From contig JAAPAO010000111.1 of the NCBI GenBank assembly GCA_013115145.1, forward strand, positions 1 to 64,000: DNA of 64,000 bases, written 5' to 3'. The translations under genes were made by a program, and so were the position numbers. This stretch comes from Perkinsus chesapeaki ATCC PRA-425 (Eukaryota; Protista; Perkinsozoa). Below the pieces are notes generated by a model, which did no database searches, was not told the DNA's origin, and saw nothing but the letters and a program-made list of their open reading frames with translations. This document shows, in pieces, positions 36,962 to 49,389 of this stretch (the stretch's first letter is position 1; every line of letters begins with the position of its first letter).

Positions 36962-38802
36962 ATGGCACCCTATTGGCTTTCAGAAGGGGTTAATTCCCTA
37001 TCCTCTACAACTGGCTTAAATGAAGTCCAATCCTATTGGACCATTATAATAGCGAGCGCGTTACTGTTGGCCGGGCTGTTATTTGGTAATAGGGGAATCT
37101 TTTGAGGACGTTGCAAACCTTCGTGAACATCTTGGAACCTTTCTAACTCCACACATATCATTCTTGGGGCGAGGTAGGATATCACCGATAATAATGGCTC
37201 GGAAATCCTAAGGATGTCACCAGTGTGCGGATAGGGCTCTTCCGCAGGGTGTCCTTTACAGCCTCCATCAGCCCACTGTATCGGACATTCGGACAGCAGT
37301 CTCTCTGTTTCACTGAAGCCTATCTTCAAAGGTCAGTGGCCCAATCATTGGCTCCTGGCATTTCGGTGAATATGGTCAAAGTGCTTGTAGCCGAGCTCCT
37401 ATGCATACTTGTCACCAAATAAGCTTATACATAATGAAAGTTTGCCCATTTTATATCTCCAGTCTTTAGATCATATAATAGAAAATAATGCTTATGAATA
37501 GTACACAAATTGAGCTCTGATCGTGTCCATGTAGCCCAGTGCCTCTTTCTTCTTCCCTCCACTCAGCAAGCCTATATCTCCTTGGTTTCTGGTCGGCAAA
37601 TGAAGGTGTTGGCTCCGGTAAGAGAGGAAAGCTAGTGATGCTAGCAGGCCCTTGTGGCGGTGGAAAAACTGCTATCTTTTCCTGGTGGAAGGTAACCCCC
37701 GCGCTCCGAGCTCAACCACTGACCTGCTTTAGTCCCGCAAGCACCCGGAAACAGTGTCATCGATGAGACCTAACAGGGAGGTCCTGACCTTACCCACAGG
37801 GAAGTGTTTAGAGGTCTGTCGGCATTAAGGGAAGTCGTTGAAGCAGCTTTTTCAAGGTAGTGGACTTCCCCGGCCATAGGAGGCTGAAATTCGAGGGCTA
37901 TGAGCTGCTGAGGAACACCGCGTGCATATGCTATGTTATGGACTCCACTGACCGAACGATGGTCAAGGAGGCGGCAGAGTAGAGCCAGATTTAACTGGGA
38001 GAGCTCCTTTACTAATGCTTACTTCAGGAGCTTATATGATCTATTTACGAACCAGTTGTTCTTGAAGTATCTTCCTCCAGTACTGCTGGTAGGCCTGGAG
38101 GAGGGGATGGTGGCTTCATAGTGGAGCTGCTGCGCAGGTGCTTAATAAACAGGATTTGCCTACTAGGCGAACCACAAGACGAATTATTGGCGACCTAAAT
38201 AAGGAAATGTAATGTTGTGATATGGAAGTGCCTGAATCAGTGTCCTTAGTGAGCAATTGCGGACATCTCGAGGACAAGTTTTGGAGGGAGAAAATGAAGC
38301 TGATAATTCACTTGGAGTCGAGGGGGAGGCATTTGAGTACTAGGGATGGGATGTCTGGGTTCATGGGCTATCGCTGGAGTTCTGAAGACCGCTTTGGTCC
38401 GATATTCCTACCCGGTCGACTATTTTTAATGCTGTGAGGTGCAGCGCCTGAAGCCTTTCGGGGCTTCCTCGGGACTAGACCGGTGTGACTGGGTGAATCA
38501 CATCGTTAATCCAGTTACATTTCATATTTAACATTCCAGCTTTACCCGGTGAAATGATACTTTCGAGCCCTAAACTAAAAGCCAACTTTAAGGGATATAT
38601 TATTTTTAACTCGATTCCCATCCCGAGTGTGTCTACTTGTAACACTCCCTTCTATTATAACTGCCCTTTCAGTATCGAGAAGCATGCCCCTGTACCAGTT
38701 CAAGTGGCAGAGTATAGCGCTTTAACAGTGGGCAAGGGTGCCGCAGAGGACAGTGATGTTGTTGATGTAGTGGCAGATTGGGTCACGGCAGTTACTCAGT
38801 GA
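36962..38802 (+). CDS. SRPRB: Signal recognition particle receptor beta subunit (SR-beta GTPase), multi-exon
   Basis: N-terminal TM, P-loop GPCGGGKT, ETVSSM, VVDFPGHRRL, CICYVMDSTD, LYDLFTN, NKQDL, IGDLNKEIEQLRTSR and FDIEKHAP. Confidence 0.88.
38341..38626. mobile_element. Candidate MITE or structured element filling an SR-beta intron
   Basis: Ends TAGGGATGGGA and TCCCATCCCGA form a 10/11 inverted match. Nested internal stems are present, but there is no clean TSD. Confidence 0.4.
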
Positions 38803-39165
38803 ATGCTGCAGCTCTTATACACCTCGTTAAGTTTCATACCACACTTTGTTGCATTTAGCAAGGGAAATCTGGCTGTATTGTTTTGTTGGGCAGCGATACA
38901 GCATGTATAGTATTTCTAAAGTTCTGTGAGTTATTTGGTAAATCCTGTGCCCCTTGAGATACGTATTAATAATAATAGTACAACACTTAAGGAGCACACT
39001 TTCGGAGCTAACCGATCCTATTGCTTCAAGTGTTCGCATTTGGTACAAGTGCTACTGCTAGTAGTAGCAGTACCAGTGTATTATCCTGTCCTCCTCTATG
39101 CTAGGATGATCTAGCCGTCTCTGTCTGGAGAGACTAGTAATTTTGTTGTTAGTAGTTTTTCTGCA

Positions 39166-42080
39166 ATGATACCGGGCATCCCTCCCCCTCTACCACCTAA
39201 GGCACCAGCAGCAGGTTGTATCTGCACACAGGGCCCCGGTAGCAATACCCTAATTTTTCAGGCACATTTATTGGCGGTGCGGTTCTGCCTCCTCCGGCGC
39301 CCCCGATTCCGATGCCACCGCCGCTGACAGGTAGTAGACAGCATTAGCGGTTGCCTAGGGAACGAAAATTTAACAACATACTGGTATCGGTTTCCGACCA
39401 CCGAGGAGCGCCCTCCTTATCTGGTTGAGGTAGGGGGAGAGATGTAAATTATCAGGCACACCGGGAGCGTTGCTGATGCCTCCTGCGCCAATGGGAGTGG
39501 CACCACCAATTCCGACAGGACTCGGAGCTCCTATAGCAGCTCAACAGCAGCCTTTGGTGACACCAGCGCAAATGGGGTGGTGTGAGGTAGTAGGGAAGTG
39601 GCTACGTTGAGATAGAGGAAGGTTACTGGAGTTTACGGGAAGATTTCCCGGGGAAATTATGGAGGAACAGGGGAAATTGTGGACATTTATCGGAATTTAC
39701 GGAAATTTAGAGGAATTTACAGAAATTCCCAGAAATTTACGGGAAATTATTGAAATTTACTAGAAATTATAAAAAAAAATAGGGAAGTTTACGGGAAATT
39801 CATGGTACATGGAAATTAATGGGAATACTTTCTTGTAGCGTTGCGAGAATCAAAAGTCCCCGGCGGGCTCTGAGATGAAACGGTTGATCGATTTTATTGC
39901 AAAACTTGGTAGCACCCTGCCGTAATGGAACCCTCAACGATCGGTGTGGAAGTTAATTCCGTTGAGTTGTGGAGGGATGGGTAGGGAGTATCTTCAGGTT
40001 CAAACGTCAGATGGGAGAGTTTACTACTTCCATCCCACCACAAAGGAGTCCACTTGGGACAAGCCTAGGGAGCTGCAGAGTGAGCTGGAAAAGGCGAACA
40101 ACACTGAATGGAAAGTAGTAGTGTTGACGCATGCCTGAGGGGGAAACTGGTGGGCAGGAGTATCACATATGGGACGGTCGGTCATACTTCTACAATACGA
40201 AGATGCACGTATCGTGCTGGGAAGTGCCACCGGAGGTCCGCAAGGCTCGGGGGCATCTTCAAGGTAGAACGGTCTTCTGGTTCGGTGTGTTGGGAGGAAT
40301 TGTTAGGGGGAGACTATGGATCAGATGCCAGTATGACGGATGCTGGCAGCACAGTGGAGGAAATTGGAGGAGAGAAAGAAGGGCAGCAAAAGGCTAATAA
40401 AACGGGAAGCGAAAAGCGGGCCGATTTTCGCGAGATGTTATCGGACAACGGAGTGGACAGTTCATGGAAATGGAGCCAAGTGGCTGATCTATCCAAGAGA
40501 GATATGCGGTAAGGTCATCGTCAGGGGTGGAGCTTAGGGTTATTATTGTGCTTGTTCTACTTGGAATCGTCTACATGTGGAGAGCAGATTTTGTTTGACT
40601 CTATTAGCGTCCTCCTTTGGGTGGTCAGTACGGTTGTGGTGTTTATAACGGTTGAACGTCCTGTGAAGTTCAGCTCTGACAGAAGCAGTCGCGGGCGACC
40701 AATTTGTGAGGTTGAGTGTGCCTAAAGGACTGAGTGGACTACAAACCCTCTTCGATAGGGAATTTCGGAATCTACTCAAATTTCTGTTTTTTTAAATTAA
40801 AGTCAAGTGAGGTTCATTTTAAGGTATCATGCATTACCAACGATGGGGGAGAAGAAACAGGTGTTTGCTGAATACATACTGCACGGTCAGAGGATGGTGG
40901 AACAAAGGAAGGTGAGAGTACAATATGGGATAGCTGAGGGAATCTTTGGGGATGATCATTAATATCGAACAGAGAAAAATGTTCACAAGGCCCCTCCAGA
41001 TGTTGGCATTTCTCGGCAGGATTACTGTTCTCGATTTAATATGAATTTTGGCTCTATGTAGTGTGGTGTTGGACGGTTCATACTTGAGCATCGTTGACGG
41101 AGGAGGGTCACATACTCTTCCAAGCTGAGTGTCCTAGGGTTTGATGTCATTCCTTATTACTTCAGCGGGACGATAAACGGTCGATGATGTACGATATGGT
41201 TAAGGCATTGCAGGGATGGAATGGCATGTCAGAAGATACCAAGTAGGACGGGGCATAGCATCGGTAGTGATGGGTCATACAGGTACGATCAGTTGGCTGC
41301 GGATAGTTCTATGAGCGGACAGGAGTGGTGGGGGAAACTAACAGAGAGGGAAAGGATGACCTTATTTGAGGCGTTTGCGGATGACTACTGTATGGACTAA
41401 GCTATAGTGTGGTTTGGAGGGAATGGTCAGGTGATATACAAAAGAAGAATAGACAGGCAAGAGATGAGAGGAATATGCAGCAACTTAAAAAGGCGCTGAA
41501 GGAAAGCTCGGCAGTTAGTTACGATATGAGGTGGGACAGCTAGAGGTGTCAGAAAACATGCTATGGCTGGTCTTAGTATGGCCGACCTTGCGGCGTTGAA
41601 GCAGATCTCTTGTCTGGAATGTTGGCAGCAATTGCAACCTAATCAGCGAATTACTGTGTGGCGGACATGTATAGCTGCGGAGACGAGGCGATTGAAGAAT
41701 ATGATCGAAACTGGTAGGCATCACATACTTGCCACGACGAACTATTGAGGGAACTTTCTGGTCAAAAATAAGTGTACAGTCTGAAGAGTTTAGCATGGCC
41801 TTGAAATGGGCTGTTTGTCGAAGTGGAAGAACTGGATGAATCGTCTTTACCGAGTGGTGTCCTGCCTCCTTGAGAATAGCTTTCCATTTGTCCAAGCTTT
41901 CCCATTTCACTCGTTATACCTTACTGATCAGGTAATACTACCTATTCACATAAAGATCGCAAGATGAGGAAGGAGCGAGAGGCAGCAAGTTACATTACGG
42001 GCCCGGCGGCACCAGCAGCAGCAGCAGAGCCGAAGGTGAAGGAAGCCACTCGGAGAGTTGGCGAGAAGGCTAAACGATGA
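39166..42080 (+). CDS. PRP40/TCERG1-like WW-WW-FF domain splicing factor, multi-exon
   Basis: Pro-rich N-terminus, two WW domains (DGRVYYFHPTTKESTWDKP; DGRSYFYNTK..VSCWEVP) and FF-like ADFREMLSDNGVDSSWKWSQV. Stop at 42080. Confidence 0.82.
39625..39830 (+). repeat. Degenerate 10-bp-period tandem repeat (~GGAAATTTAC) in an intron
   Basis: Consecutive decamers: gggaaattgt ggacatttat cggaatttac ggaaatttag aggaatttac agaaattccc agaaatttac gggaaattat tgaaatttac tagaaattat. Confidence 0.9.
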
Positions 42081-42349
42081 CTCAGATTGTACACTTGCCG
42101 CCGTCATACGTTTCAAAATACGCCACAAGGGGCTTGCGTTACCCAGTATGGGAAAACATAACCTAACCGTAACCGAGCTCACCGGAAGGATCTCATAGAG
42201 GGAAGAAGTTGTGATTGTACAGAGGTGCACGGGAAAATGTGCAAACCCGAATGTTGAAACGTGAACCAGTTTGTGAATAGATGAAGATGGCATGGATATA
42301 GAGCAGGAATGCCGAATTGAGGACACTTGTGAAAGCTGCTGTTGACTTG

Positions 42350-45300
42350 ATGGCTGGGCTGCCCGTTGGAATAGCCTCCTCCACAGTCTACCGTGAACCG
42401 GAATGGTCAGGCCCAGCCAAGTTGCCAATCTATCTCGAGCTCATAGTCAACGGCCAGGTAGCGGTGGCGTGTAGGTGATGTTTAATGTTGGATATGCTTA
42501 GGTGATACGAGAAATAGACATTCGAGATGACAGGAAGACCTATTTCCTTTTTGGCCGAGACCCTGCAGTATGTGATATACCTCTGCACAAGTACGAGCCG
42601 CGGAGCTCTCGGCATCATGCAGTCCTCCAATTCAAGAAGGCAGTCATCGCTGGATCTGCTCGCTCGTTTCATTATTGGTATCTTCAGGATTCCAAGTGTT
42701 TTTACCTTTACGATTTGAACTCGACGCATGGGACTGTGGTGGATGGCAAACGGATACCGCCAGCGGAGGTGGGCTATCCTAACGTGTCAGACTGAAAGTG
42801 AACGAATAACCGGACGAGCTATCCGAGACGGTTATTCCGAACGCTTAGGGACTCTTTCGCGGAAGGCATTGTACTCTAACATCTTACACTATATCCCTCA
42901 TCGGCCCTGTCATATACTATCATCATTGTACATATCAGGACATTTCCACCGCCGCGTTAGGCTTCCTCGGTCTAAAGCTACCGCCTTTCCGTATAATTCA
43001 TTGGTCTTCCTCTTTAGTACGTGGAGGTCCATGTTGGTGATCAAGTCCAATTCAGCAGTGTGTCGCCGAAGCTAACTCTGGTCATTCAGGGGCCAGAAGA
43101 GCTCCAGCCTGAAGAAACAGAGGCAGGCATTCGACTTGGAACGATAATCTTACATCACCTTTGCAGGTCGATCTCACCGCCTTCCGACAAGAGGCCCAAG
43201 CGGAACGAGAAGTCGAGAAGCAGCGGCATGAACGAGACCGGGATCGGCGGAGGGTAGGTTAAGAATTATCATGGACTTAAGCACCTATTTAGGCCATGCG
43301 AAGACAAGAGAGAGATGACCGCCGCGCTGAGAAGGTGCAGCAGCAGTTCTTGCGTGATGTTTTTTCAACGGATTAGTTTCCAGATTGCCGCAGTTGTTGG
43401 AGCATCATCCAGTACAGCATCCCGAGCTGGTCGGGTGTCCACTGAAGGGGTATTTCGTGGCGTGCGGGAAGATGACGGACTGGAGGAAGCTATGGTAGGG
43501 TTTCTCAATGTTGATGCTTTATTATTAATTCTTAGATGGAGGCGGAGGCACAGGACGAGCTGAGTCGAGGTAAGATACGCGGGCGCGGCATGAAGCGGCA
43601 CTAGAACTTCGTCAGAGCTCGACGTTTTCGATGAGACTGGTCTACAGTTAGACACTCGGAAGCTGGAGCAGCTGGACCTCACCGATAAGCAGCGGCAGCT
43701 GTTACTGAAGATCGCTGATGTGAGCATTCGCTGCCATCAGGAGGATCTAACCCCTCTCAGAAACGGCGCAAGCTCGAGCACAGCCGAGAGCTGCTCGAGA
43801 CTGCGCAAGTGGAGGCTGGTGGAGGGCCAGGTGAGGGCTACCGACAATAGGCAGCCGATTCAGCGCTCATTTTGCCCGAGGGGAAATTATGTGATCGGGG
43901 AAAGCCTATCTATTTTGAATGAACGAAGATATGGATGATTCGCTCGCTTCACCATTAAGAGCTTCTATCAGCTAGTACATCTTAGCCATCTTCACTGGTG
44001 TCATCAGGCATCCCGTCCTGGAGGAACACAGGAGCGTTCGAGGATGAAGTGGAGAGGATAAAGTCCACACATCAAAGGAAATTCCAAGGAGTGAGGGGAG
44101 AGCTGGTTAAAGGGAGGAATGGTGCCGGTAGGATGCCAACAAGCTGAATAACAAAGTGAACCGAATGGAAACTGAACTGCAAACTATGACGGACAACCTC
44201 CTTTTATCACTGGGGATAAAGAACCCGATGAAAGACAGAATGAAACGGGTAAGCCAGAGACCTCAACTTGGCTGGAGGACATGGGAAGCTTGCTCCAGGA
44301 AGAGCTGACGAAGATGTATGATACCGACGTGCTGGGTCTGGATGAGGATGACGACTACTACGATCAGGCTACAGCTGAGATGGAAAAGCGCGAGAAGGCG
44401 GGGGCTGCTCGACCTGGCGGTAAGTTGCTCTGGGTTGCCGAGGCTGCTAATGTGGATGTGATAGCCGCCGAGGAAGGGGAATTCGACGACTTGCCTGATG
44501 TTAGCAATGAGGCTGAAACAGCGAAGACTTTAACCGACAAGAAACAGGTGGGAGCGCCCGCTACGTGCTACTGGCTGTGAGAAAGCACTATCACTAACAG
44601 GTGCTCGTGTCCTTGTTGAGAGAGACTGTGTCGGTTGTTAAACAGAAGGAGGCACAAATTGTTATGAAGAAGGCCTCGGCTGCTCGGGTGGGTCATTCAG
44701 TTCAGCCTCGTTCATGTCTGAGAGAAATACGGCACGGTTTCTTGGAGGGTAAATTCATCAGCTGGGGGTCGAACCTCTGCTTGAATGAAAGCGCATGTCG
44801 GTCGGTGCAAGCTGGCGAGCGCCAAGTTGACCCTTGTGCGAGTGGCGTTGGGTGACCCAATGGGTGCTTCATTGAGGCAATTCTACGGTTACGATAATAA
44901 CCTTGTGGCTGCTGATGAGCCATGAAGGCATCGCTGCGGTATATTTTCTACCCTTGATGTTGGGGGACTAGAGGTGAGCTACCTTGACTGTGTGGCTAGC
45001 GCTCGGACAGCTTGCTCACACTAGTCAGACTCACCCTCTGGTCTGTATTGCCCATCTCGGCCCTCGGGCTTCGGGCCGCGGGTTCGAGATTGGTCGATAC
45101 CTCTCCCATCCCCAGCGTCTATGGGATTTCTCTCATTGGTCTTTAGGCTGATTCTCTCGATGCGTACATGGTCGAAAATGAGGTCAAGTTGCTTGAAACA
45201 GACAAGGAGGCACTTGAGGAACGAGGACTGGCTATAAAGGAGCGGCTCGAACGTAGGAATTGGAATACTGGTAGGCTCGGACAAAAGGGTTCTGCCAAGG

Positions 45301-45982
45301 TGTAACGAAGCTCCTGAAGCTGGCTATGGCGGGCAGCGTTGCTGTTGACGAAGTAGAGCAAGCGAAAAAAGAACAGCATGAGTTGGAGGTGAAGAGAGCT
45401 GCGCGGGCAGAGGCACTTGCAGCGGCAAAGGCAGCGAGGAAGGAAGAGGAGGAACAGAACGCCCGAAAGAAGGCCAGAACCGAGGTACCCTCTCGGCGAG
45501 ACGATGATGCATGATGGCTGCCAATTTACACAGGCTTCATCGACGTCCATATTCGGGTCTGATCTGGAAGCTGATGACTTAACGAAGGCGGCCATTGAGA
45601 AGAGGTCTGCTCTATTGCGTCAACAACAAAAGGTGGGCCGGGGGCTCGGAGCTGTCTTTCCCCTCAGTGCTTCTGTGGCGGTTAGAATTCGTCACCTCGG
45701 GCCACATCACAGCCGACGGAGCTAGACCTCACCATGGGTGGGCTGCAGGGAGAGTATGCGAGGCGTCATGTACCACAAGAACAAGCAGCGGAGGAAGAAA
45801 TCAAAGTGAGGTGTGAAAATGGATTGATGTTGATCTTGTTTTGATAGGAAGATGAGCCCGAGGATCTCGCATGGCCAGAGGTTCCGATGGGGCAATACGA
45901 GGAAGTCGAGGAGAGCAGTTGGGTTCCACCAGATGATAACGACGAGAAACAAGAAGCACTGCGGAAAAAATTGGGATATTAA
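42350..45982 (+). CDS. Kanadaptin (SLC4A1AP)-like FHA-domain protein, multi-exon
   Basis: YREPEWSG..IYLELIVNG, FHA core FGRDPAVCD...SSRHHAVLQF...YDLNSTHGTVVDG, IQGPEEL, acidic DEDDDYYD and coiled coils. The C-terminus WVPP...KKLGY* is typical of the family. Confidence 0.78.
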
Positions 45983-47351
45983 CGCCCTCATCGATACTGT
46001 TGAGTTCAATTGCTTAATCAGCCGAGCAAGCGCAGATATCACATTAGGATCATATGGGAGATCAATCAGCTCTATTCCCGCCTATTAACGACCAAGTGCG
46101 AGTTTCGTGGGAAAACTGCCTTTCGACGCGCCCTGCGAAGGTTCCGAGTCCAATAGCTATCCCTTCGCTGGACTACTGCTTTACCACTCTTCTCGAATAT
46201 AGGATCCAGACTACATCACGCAGTAGCACTTCAAGATACAGTCTTCGAGGCAGTCGCTGCAAGTGAGAATATTTACTATACTGAGCTATTTAAGGTGTAT
46301 GCTACTTCCAGAAAGTGGAATCTATTCAGGCACATAGCTAATTGTAGTTGGATCGCTTCAATCGAGTAATTCTAGTGATCCTTGGAGGGCCTTGCGAGCT
46401 TCCCAAAAGCAAGCTAAGAGACGGACATCATCCTTAGGGGACTCGGCCAGAGCTACGGCTTGGACGAGTAACAATGCAGGGCTGTAACAGATCAACCACA
46501 ATGGGTCTGCCGAGCCAGCGGCGTCACAAATAACAGCGTTCTTAGAACACACATGTCAAGAAGCTGAACCGTGAGGGAGAGCACGAATAAAGAGCGCCAA
46601 GGCTTTGACCAGGTGCGGGTGGCCGGAAGGCACCCTGGCCGTGCATAGGAAGGCACGCTGCTGGACAGGCATGCCTGGAAACTCTTGAGATACACTCCGT
46701 CAGCTGAGGTCCGGCGCACGCGTACGGACAAAACTACTCGCTACGTGATGGTGCACCGCGCAAGAGTAGGGTAATCATTCTCAGTTCCCCACACTTACTG
46801 GAGTCCCAATATGACTGCATACTCATGCTATGATAGCACCGGCAAAGTCAAACGGAAGTACACAAGAGAATATTGTCTAGCAAATGCATGATGCCTCAAC
46901 ACGATATTCAGTGCCCTTATCCTGTACGAAGTGCTGCTTTCTAGTCACCCCAAAATGAACTAACAGGAAATCCTTATGAAACAAGGCTTAGTAGTAAATA
47001 GTCCTGGCATTCGTGCGAAGTGGGGATAAATTCTTGAATGCACATTCTGCCTAGGAGAGCAAAATGCTGCACACTTCCTCACGTGCGTGCAGGCTTCATC
47101 GGATTTCGGTGGGTGCTACCAAAGTTTGCTTTGCAAACTACACAGGCATAAACTTGGCCCACGCGCAATATCAGTCCTTGTTGACGACGTGGCCGTGCAT
47201 GATCGGAGAATTATTGGAAGTTGATTAGTTAATCCAGGAAGCCTAGGTAGGATTCGGCCTTGCACTACGTACAACTGCGTACCACTTCATCCCACAGCTA
47301 AATCTTGCATAGCTGCGGCGTTGATCTTTAGTTAACTCAAGCCAGGTGAAC

Positions 47352-47729
47352 ATGAAGATTTTCGTCTTGGCTTCGCTACTGGTTACCAGCACTGCTGCTG
47401 ATGGTAAATGCACCGAAGCGGAGCAGAAGAAGATATCTACTGCTGCCTTCTCTGAGTATCTCTACTACTGTGGTGAAAAAGCACTCATTGATCCCTCTAA
47501 GATCCCACCTTGCATCACGCAAGGATGTAATTTCACACAGGACTGTGCGAACTGCTTCGGTGACTCGGGGAGTTGTGTCCTGAAACATTGTACTCTCGAT
47601 TGTGTGACTCCAGCGAGTGACAAGTGTGTGGAGTGCATGAAGGCGCATTGCGATGACAGTTTGCTCGAATGTACGGGTATCTCAAAACCACCGCCTGCTC
47701 CTACTAAGACATCAGAGCAATGTTCTTGA
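47352..47729 (+). CDS. Small secreted cysteine-rich protein (14 Cys), intronless
   Basis: Signal-like MKIFVLASLLVTSTAA. Reads CANCFG..SCVLKHCTLDC..KCVECMKAHC..LLECTG. Confidence 0.85.
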   Translation: MKIFVLASLLVTSTAADGKCTEAEQKKISTAAFSEYLYYCGEKALIDPSKIPPCITQGCNFTQDCANCFGDSGSCVLKHCTLDCVTPASDKCVECMKAHCDDSLLECTGISKPPPAPTKTSEQCS

Positions 47730-48840
47730 AGCTCCCCTGGTATACAGGCTTGGTGCCATATATTTCTGTGAGAGCAAACTTCTCAGTAGCCTCTTCGGCG
47801 ACGTTCACATTTTTCACTTGATTCATCTCGTGTATGCTGAACGCTCTGCCATTCGATATAGCCTCTTTCTTTGTTGGGGGAGTTATCTTTTCACAAATCA
47901 GTGAGCTTTGCTGCAGTCAATCCACGGGCTGGTCCTGATCGCGAATCGTCCCTTGCCATCGCCAAACTCGAACACGGGGTGCCCATCGAAGGGAATGACA
48001 TCATGGAAGCTATATTGCCTACGCTAGGAGTCTGTAGTTAGTATTTCTGACTGCCCTCATATTATGAGGATTATACCTCTGTCGGAGCTCGCATCTTAGC
48101 TCATAATAATGCGCGAGCTCCGACAAAGCATATCAGCGGTTGGTCGCCAACCGCTGGTGTGTGCATTGTTCGGTTGGTCTGGGGACAATCTAATGTCAAA
48201 TCCGTCCATGGCGTATCATACCGTCAGAGTCCATCGTCGTACATGGGACTGAAAGCCGCTAGACGTGAGAGACGTTGCGGCCCGAGGTATTACACATGGA
48301 CAGCAAGAGGTAAATACTCATAATCATCGGTTTCATTGGCTCCATACAATTGACAGTAGTGCTGAACTCGCGACTACACTACTCTGCAGCTACCCATCCA
48401 ACCCTTGCTCACAACTTCTTGGTTGTGTGAGCGGATTCTATTCGTACAAGAGTAAGGGTCGCTCTACAGTGGTGGCACTTTCATTCGATGAGCTATACAG
48501 GGGCATAAGATACTATACAGAACTCTACTATAAGACTATACATAAGCCGGACATAAGATCGATAGTACTAGCCGTATTAGGCGTTGGACCCTGGGCTTAC
48601 GCACGCGCAGCTGGAGGAACTCCTAAGGAATTTAAGGACCCCTACATTACGGAGGGTAGGATGTTATGAAGGTTCTGTACTGTCCAACTCTACATGCGTG
48701 ACTTTTGAACAACTAACACCACTTGAAAAGTCAGTCCACTTATCGTAACAACTCAGTCACTAACCTGCTTTGGAAAAGTTTTCTCGCTAGTGTGCTACAC
48801 TGTCAGTTTTGCAAGTTCGGCGGGCGTCATGTTCCAGTAA

Positions 48841-49216
48841 CAACTGCGTATACAATGAGCCGCTCATATAATGAGATAGGTAGACAACTGCGTATACAAT
48901 GAGCCGCTCATATNNNNNNNNNNNNNNNNNNNNNNNNNNNNNNNNNNNNNNNNNNNNNNNNNNNNNNNNNNNNNNNNNNNNNNNNNNNNNNNNNNNNNNN
49001 NNNNNNNNNNTTCTGCGTATACAATGAGCCGCTCATATAATGAGATAGGTAGACAACTGCGTATACAATGAGCCGCTCATATAATGAGATAGGTAGACAA
49101 CTGCGTATACAATGAGCCGCTCATATAATGAGATAGGTAGACAACTGCGTATACAATGAGTCGCTTTAGATAGGTAGACAACTGGGTATACAATGAGCTG
49201 TTTACACAATGAGATG
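48841..49216 (+). repeat. 44-bp minisatellite, collapsed across an assembly gap
   Basis: Unit CAACTGCGTATACAATGAGCCGCTCATATAATGAGATAGGTAGA starts at 48841, 48885, 49054 and 49098, then degenerates at 49142 and 49179. There are no spacers. Confidence 0.95.
48914..49010. other. Assembly gap (run of N)
   Basis: N bases inside the minisatellite. Confidence 0.99.
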
Positions 49217-49389
49217 GTTCATCCAGGTAGCGTAGCCTGAGTCTCGCACGGCGGGCATAGAGGCTGCAACGAGAACGAAAAGCTATACAATATACACCAT
49301 ATCCCTGAAGCAATTCGCCTGGGATACCTCGATGAATAAAGGCAAAAGAATGATGGACAGAATATGCAGCTTTATATTGGGTAGTGATA

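Noticed and set aside
38566-38575. Telomerase RNA template (CCCTAAAC) in the structured intron
   Set aside because: Only one repeat plus 1 nt, the CCC is predicted to be paired, and no pseudoknot was recognised.
38337-38672. SRP (7SL) RNA hosted in the SR-beta gene
   Set aside because: No helix-8 SRP54-binding motif or Alu-domain motif on either strand.
39852-39863. RNase MRP RNA (AAAAGTCCCCGG resembles CR-I)
   Set aside because: No complementary GGGGCT P4 strand or CR-V was found downstream.
46358-46760. Selenoprotein or readthrough ORF (minus-strand frame with two in-frame TGA)
   Set aside because: No redox motif or SECIS was recognised. More likely a pseudogene or retroelement tail fragment, and not assignable.
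48265-48669. 134-aa ORF as a gene or LINE C-terminal fragment
   Set aside because: No ATG start, no splice support and only a vague resemblance to LINE tails.
48841-49216. CRISPR array
   Set aside because: Units are directly adjacent with no unique spacers, there are no cas genes and the context is eukaryotic.
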